A stretch of 63,514 nucleotides of DNA from Actinomycetota bacterium (GTDB lineage: Bacteria; Actinomycetota; Acidimicrobiia; Acidimicrobiales; CADCTF01): positions 1 to 63,514 of the forward strand of contig JAHWJU010000003.1 in NCBI GenBank assembly GCA_019348255.1. The letters run 5' to 3'. Below, piece after piece: positions 58,291 through 63,514 of the stretch (positions are counted from its first letter, which is position 1; every line of letters starts with the position of its first letter). Position numbers and translations under genes: made by a program. The notes under the pieces were generated by a model. It was not told the DNA's origin. It ran no database searches and saw nothing but the letters and a program-made list of their open reading frames with translations.

Positions 58291-58907
58291 GTCGAGCTCC
58301 GCTCGCCCTGGGGATGACTCGAGCTCCGCTCGCCCTGGGGATGACTCGTGATCATTTGGCCGAGCAGAGGTCCGATCTCCTCCAGCGGGGCGACGGTGGC
58401 GTCGACCCCGGTGGCCAGCGCCGCCTCCGGCATGTCGCGCCGCGCCGCCGTCGCCGGGTCCTGCACGACGGCCCGGCCTCCCCGCCGGACGATCCGAACC
58501 AGCCCTCGGGCCCCGTCGGAGTTGGCACCCGTCAGCACCACCCCCACCACCCGATGGGTGAAGGCCTCGGCCGCCGACTCGAACAGCACGTCGATGGAGG
58601 GGCGGCTGTGGCGGACCGGGCCCTCGGTGGAGAGTGCGAGCCGGTGTCCGTCGATCAACAGGTGGTACCCGGGTGGCGCAAGATGGACGTGGCCGACGCT
58701 GATGGGCTCTTTGTCCTCGGCCTCGCACACCGGCCAGTCGGTGTGCCGGGCCAGGAGCTCGGCCAGGTAGGAGGCGTCGTGCATACGGTGCTGGGCGACG
58801 ACGATCGCCGCCGGCAGGTCCTGGGGCACGTGCGCGAGCAAGCGGGACAGCGCATCCAGACCCCCCCAGGAGCAGCCGACCACCACCAGGTGGTCGGCGG
58901 CGCTCAT
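58287..58907 (-). CDS. cheB: CheB-type protein-glutamate methylesterase, catalytic domain only (no receiver)
   Basis: Ser-His-Asp context: VVGCSWGG, VAQH and LTGANSDG. The C-terminus carries a duplicated SHPQGERSS. Confidence 0.85.
   Translation of the reverse strand: MSAADHLVVVGCSWGGLDALSRLLAHVPQDLPAAIVVAQHRMHDASYLAELLARHTDWPVCEAEDKEPISVGHVHLAPPGYHLLIDGHRLALSTEGPVRHSRPSIDVLFESAAEAFTHRVVGVVLTGANSDGARGLVRIVRRGGRAVVQDPATAARRDMPEAALATGVDATVAPLEEIGPLLGQMITSHPQGERSSSHPQGERSST
58294..58347 (-). repeat. perfect 27-bp tandem duplication (gagctccgctcgccctggggatgactc, 2 copies)
   Basis: Read directly: copy 1 at 58294-58320 and copy 2 at 58321-58347. It duplicates the last 9 codons of cheB and the GGAG upstream of the next gene's ATG. 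Confidence 0.95.
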
Positions 58908-58911
58908 GACG

Positions 58912-59765
58912 TCACCTCGCCTTCCGGAACAGCTTGTTCTGCGGGTCGAGCACGTCGTAGTGATCGGCGTGGGAGGTGAAGGCGATGCTCTCCTTCGGGC
59001 CCAGCGCCAGCACCCCCAGCCGTTGGAGGCTCTCGTAGAACAGGTCGTGGACCCGGTTCTGCAGCGACATGTCGAAATAGATCATCACGTTGCGGCACAC
59101 CACGACCTGGAACTCGTTGAAGCTGCGGTCGGTGGCGAGGTTGTGGCGGGCGAAGACGATGTTGTCGCCGAGGGAGCGGTCGAACTGGGCGCCCTCATAG
59201 GCAGCCACGTAGTACTCCGAAAAGGCGCGGCTGCCTCCGGACGCCAGGTAGTTCTCGGTGTACTCCTTCATCTTCTCCAGGGGGAAGAGAGCCTGGCGGG
59301 CCTGCACGAGAACCGCCTCATTGATGTCGGTGGCGTAGATGCGGGTCCGGTCGTAGAGGCCCTCCTCCCGCAGAAGGATCGCCAGCGAGTACGTCTCCTC
59401 GCCGGTGGAACAGCCCGCGTTCCAGATCCTGATGAACGGGTACGTGCGCAGGAGGGGCACGACCTTCGTGCGGAAGACCCGGAAGAAGCTGGGGTCGCGG
59501 AACATGGCGGTCACGTTGATGGACAGGTCGAGGAGCAGTCGCTCCATGCACTCTGGCTCGTGCAGGAGCCGTTCCTGCAGCCCCGACAGCGTCTGCAGCC
59601 CTTCCAGGGACAGCCGCCGGGTCAAGCGACGGCGCAGCGACGGGCGGGCGTACTGGCGGAAGTCGAAGCCGTAGTGTCGGTACACGGCCTCGAGCAACAG
59701 GTCCATCTCGATCGCCTCACGTTCGGCGTCGAGGGATTCGGGATCGTGGTGCGGAACAGGCGAGT

Positions 59766-59769
<4 letters not shown>
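58912..59769 (-). CDS. cheR: CheR-type protein-glutamate O-methyltransferase
   Basis: GTG 59769 overlaps the hybrid kinase stop as GTGA. Contains [10 protein letters not shown], the SAM motif [14 protein letters not shown] and [10 protein letters not shown]. Confidence 0.9.

Positions 59770-63514
<3,745 letters not shown>

Overview
This 63.5-kb window is a very GC-rich (about 70% by eye) actinobacterial-type chromosomal segment. The strong GC3 bias produces long antisense or out-of-frame shadow ORFs almost everywhere in the ORF track. I trimmed most long ORFs to internal starts, using protein motifs and start/stop coupling with neighbouring genes.

Content, left to right:
- 1-4.8 kb: GlgE-pathway alpha-glucan genes (treS fragment, glgE, glgP).
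- 5-19.6 kb: mixed housekeeping genes. These include a crotonase, meaB, a NifU-like gene, murA followed by two coupled unknown genes, an MFS transporter, a BY-kinase, a zinc-ribbon/J-domain/hydrolase trio, a small LAXTG surface protein, an IcmA-like B12 mutase large subunit, glpX and a 2H-phosphoesterase/GNAT fusion.
- 19.6-39.8 kb: one co-directional minus-strand block with the gene order known from Streptomyces and Mycobacterium. It runs lysA-hom-thrC, then rho-rpmE-(unknown)-prfA-prmC-tsaC-LMW-PTP-glyA-wecA-like, then the complete F1Fo atp operon (atpZ/I/B/E/F/H/A/G/D/C).
- 39.8-42.1 kb: argS, a stand-alone receiver domain and tRNA-Arg(CCG).
- 42-63.5 kb: the accessory-looking part. It holds an ECF sigma factor with a DUF4349 membrane protein and a three-gene ABC-2 exporter. 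It also holds a cell-envelope cluster in which a VanY-type peptidase and a tandem Cu/Zn superoxide dismutase carry the same ~42-aa propeller-like repeat. It ends in a six-gene, translationally coupled signalling operon: poly-HAMP/GAF hybrid kinase, CheR, REC-less CheB, REC-histidine kinase, REC/RsbW-like kinase and GAF-PP2C. This operon has no CheA, CheW, MCP or STAS gene in the window.

I saw no rRNA, CRISPR array, transposase, integrase or phage genes. All family assignments come from recognising motifs by eye. No database search or computation was run.
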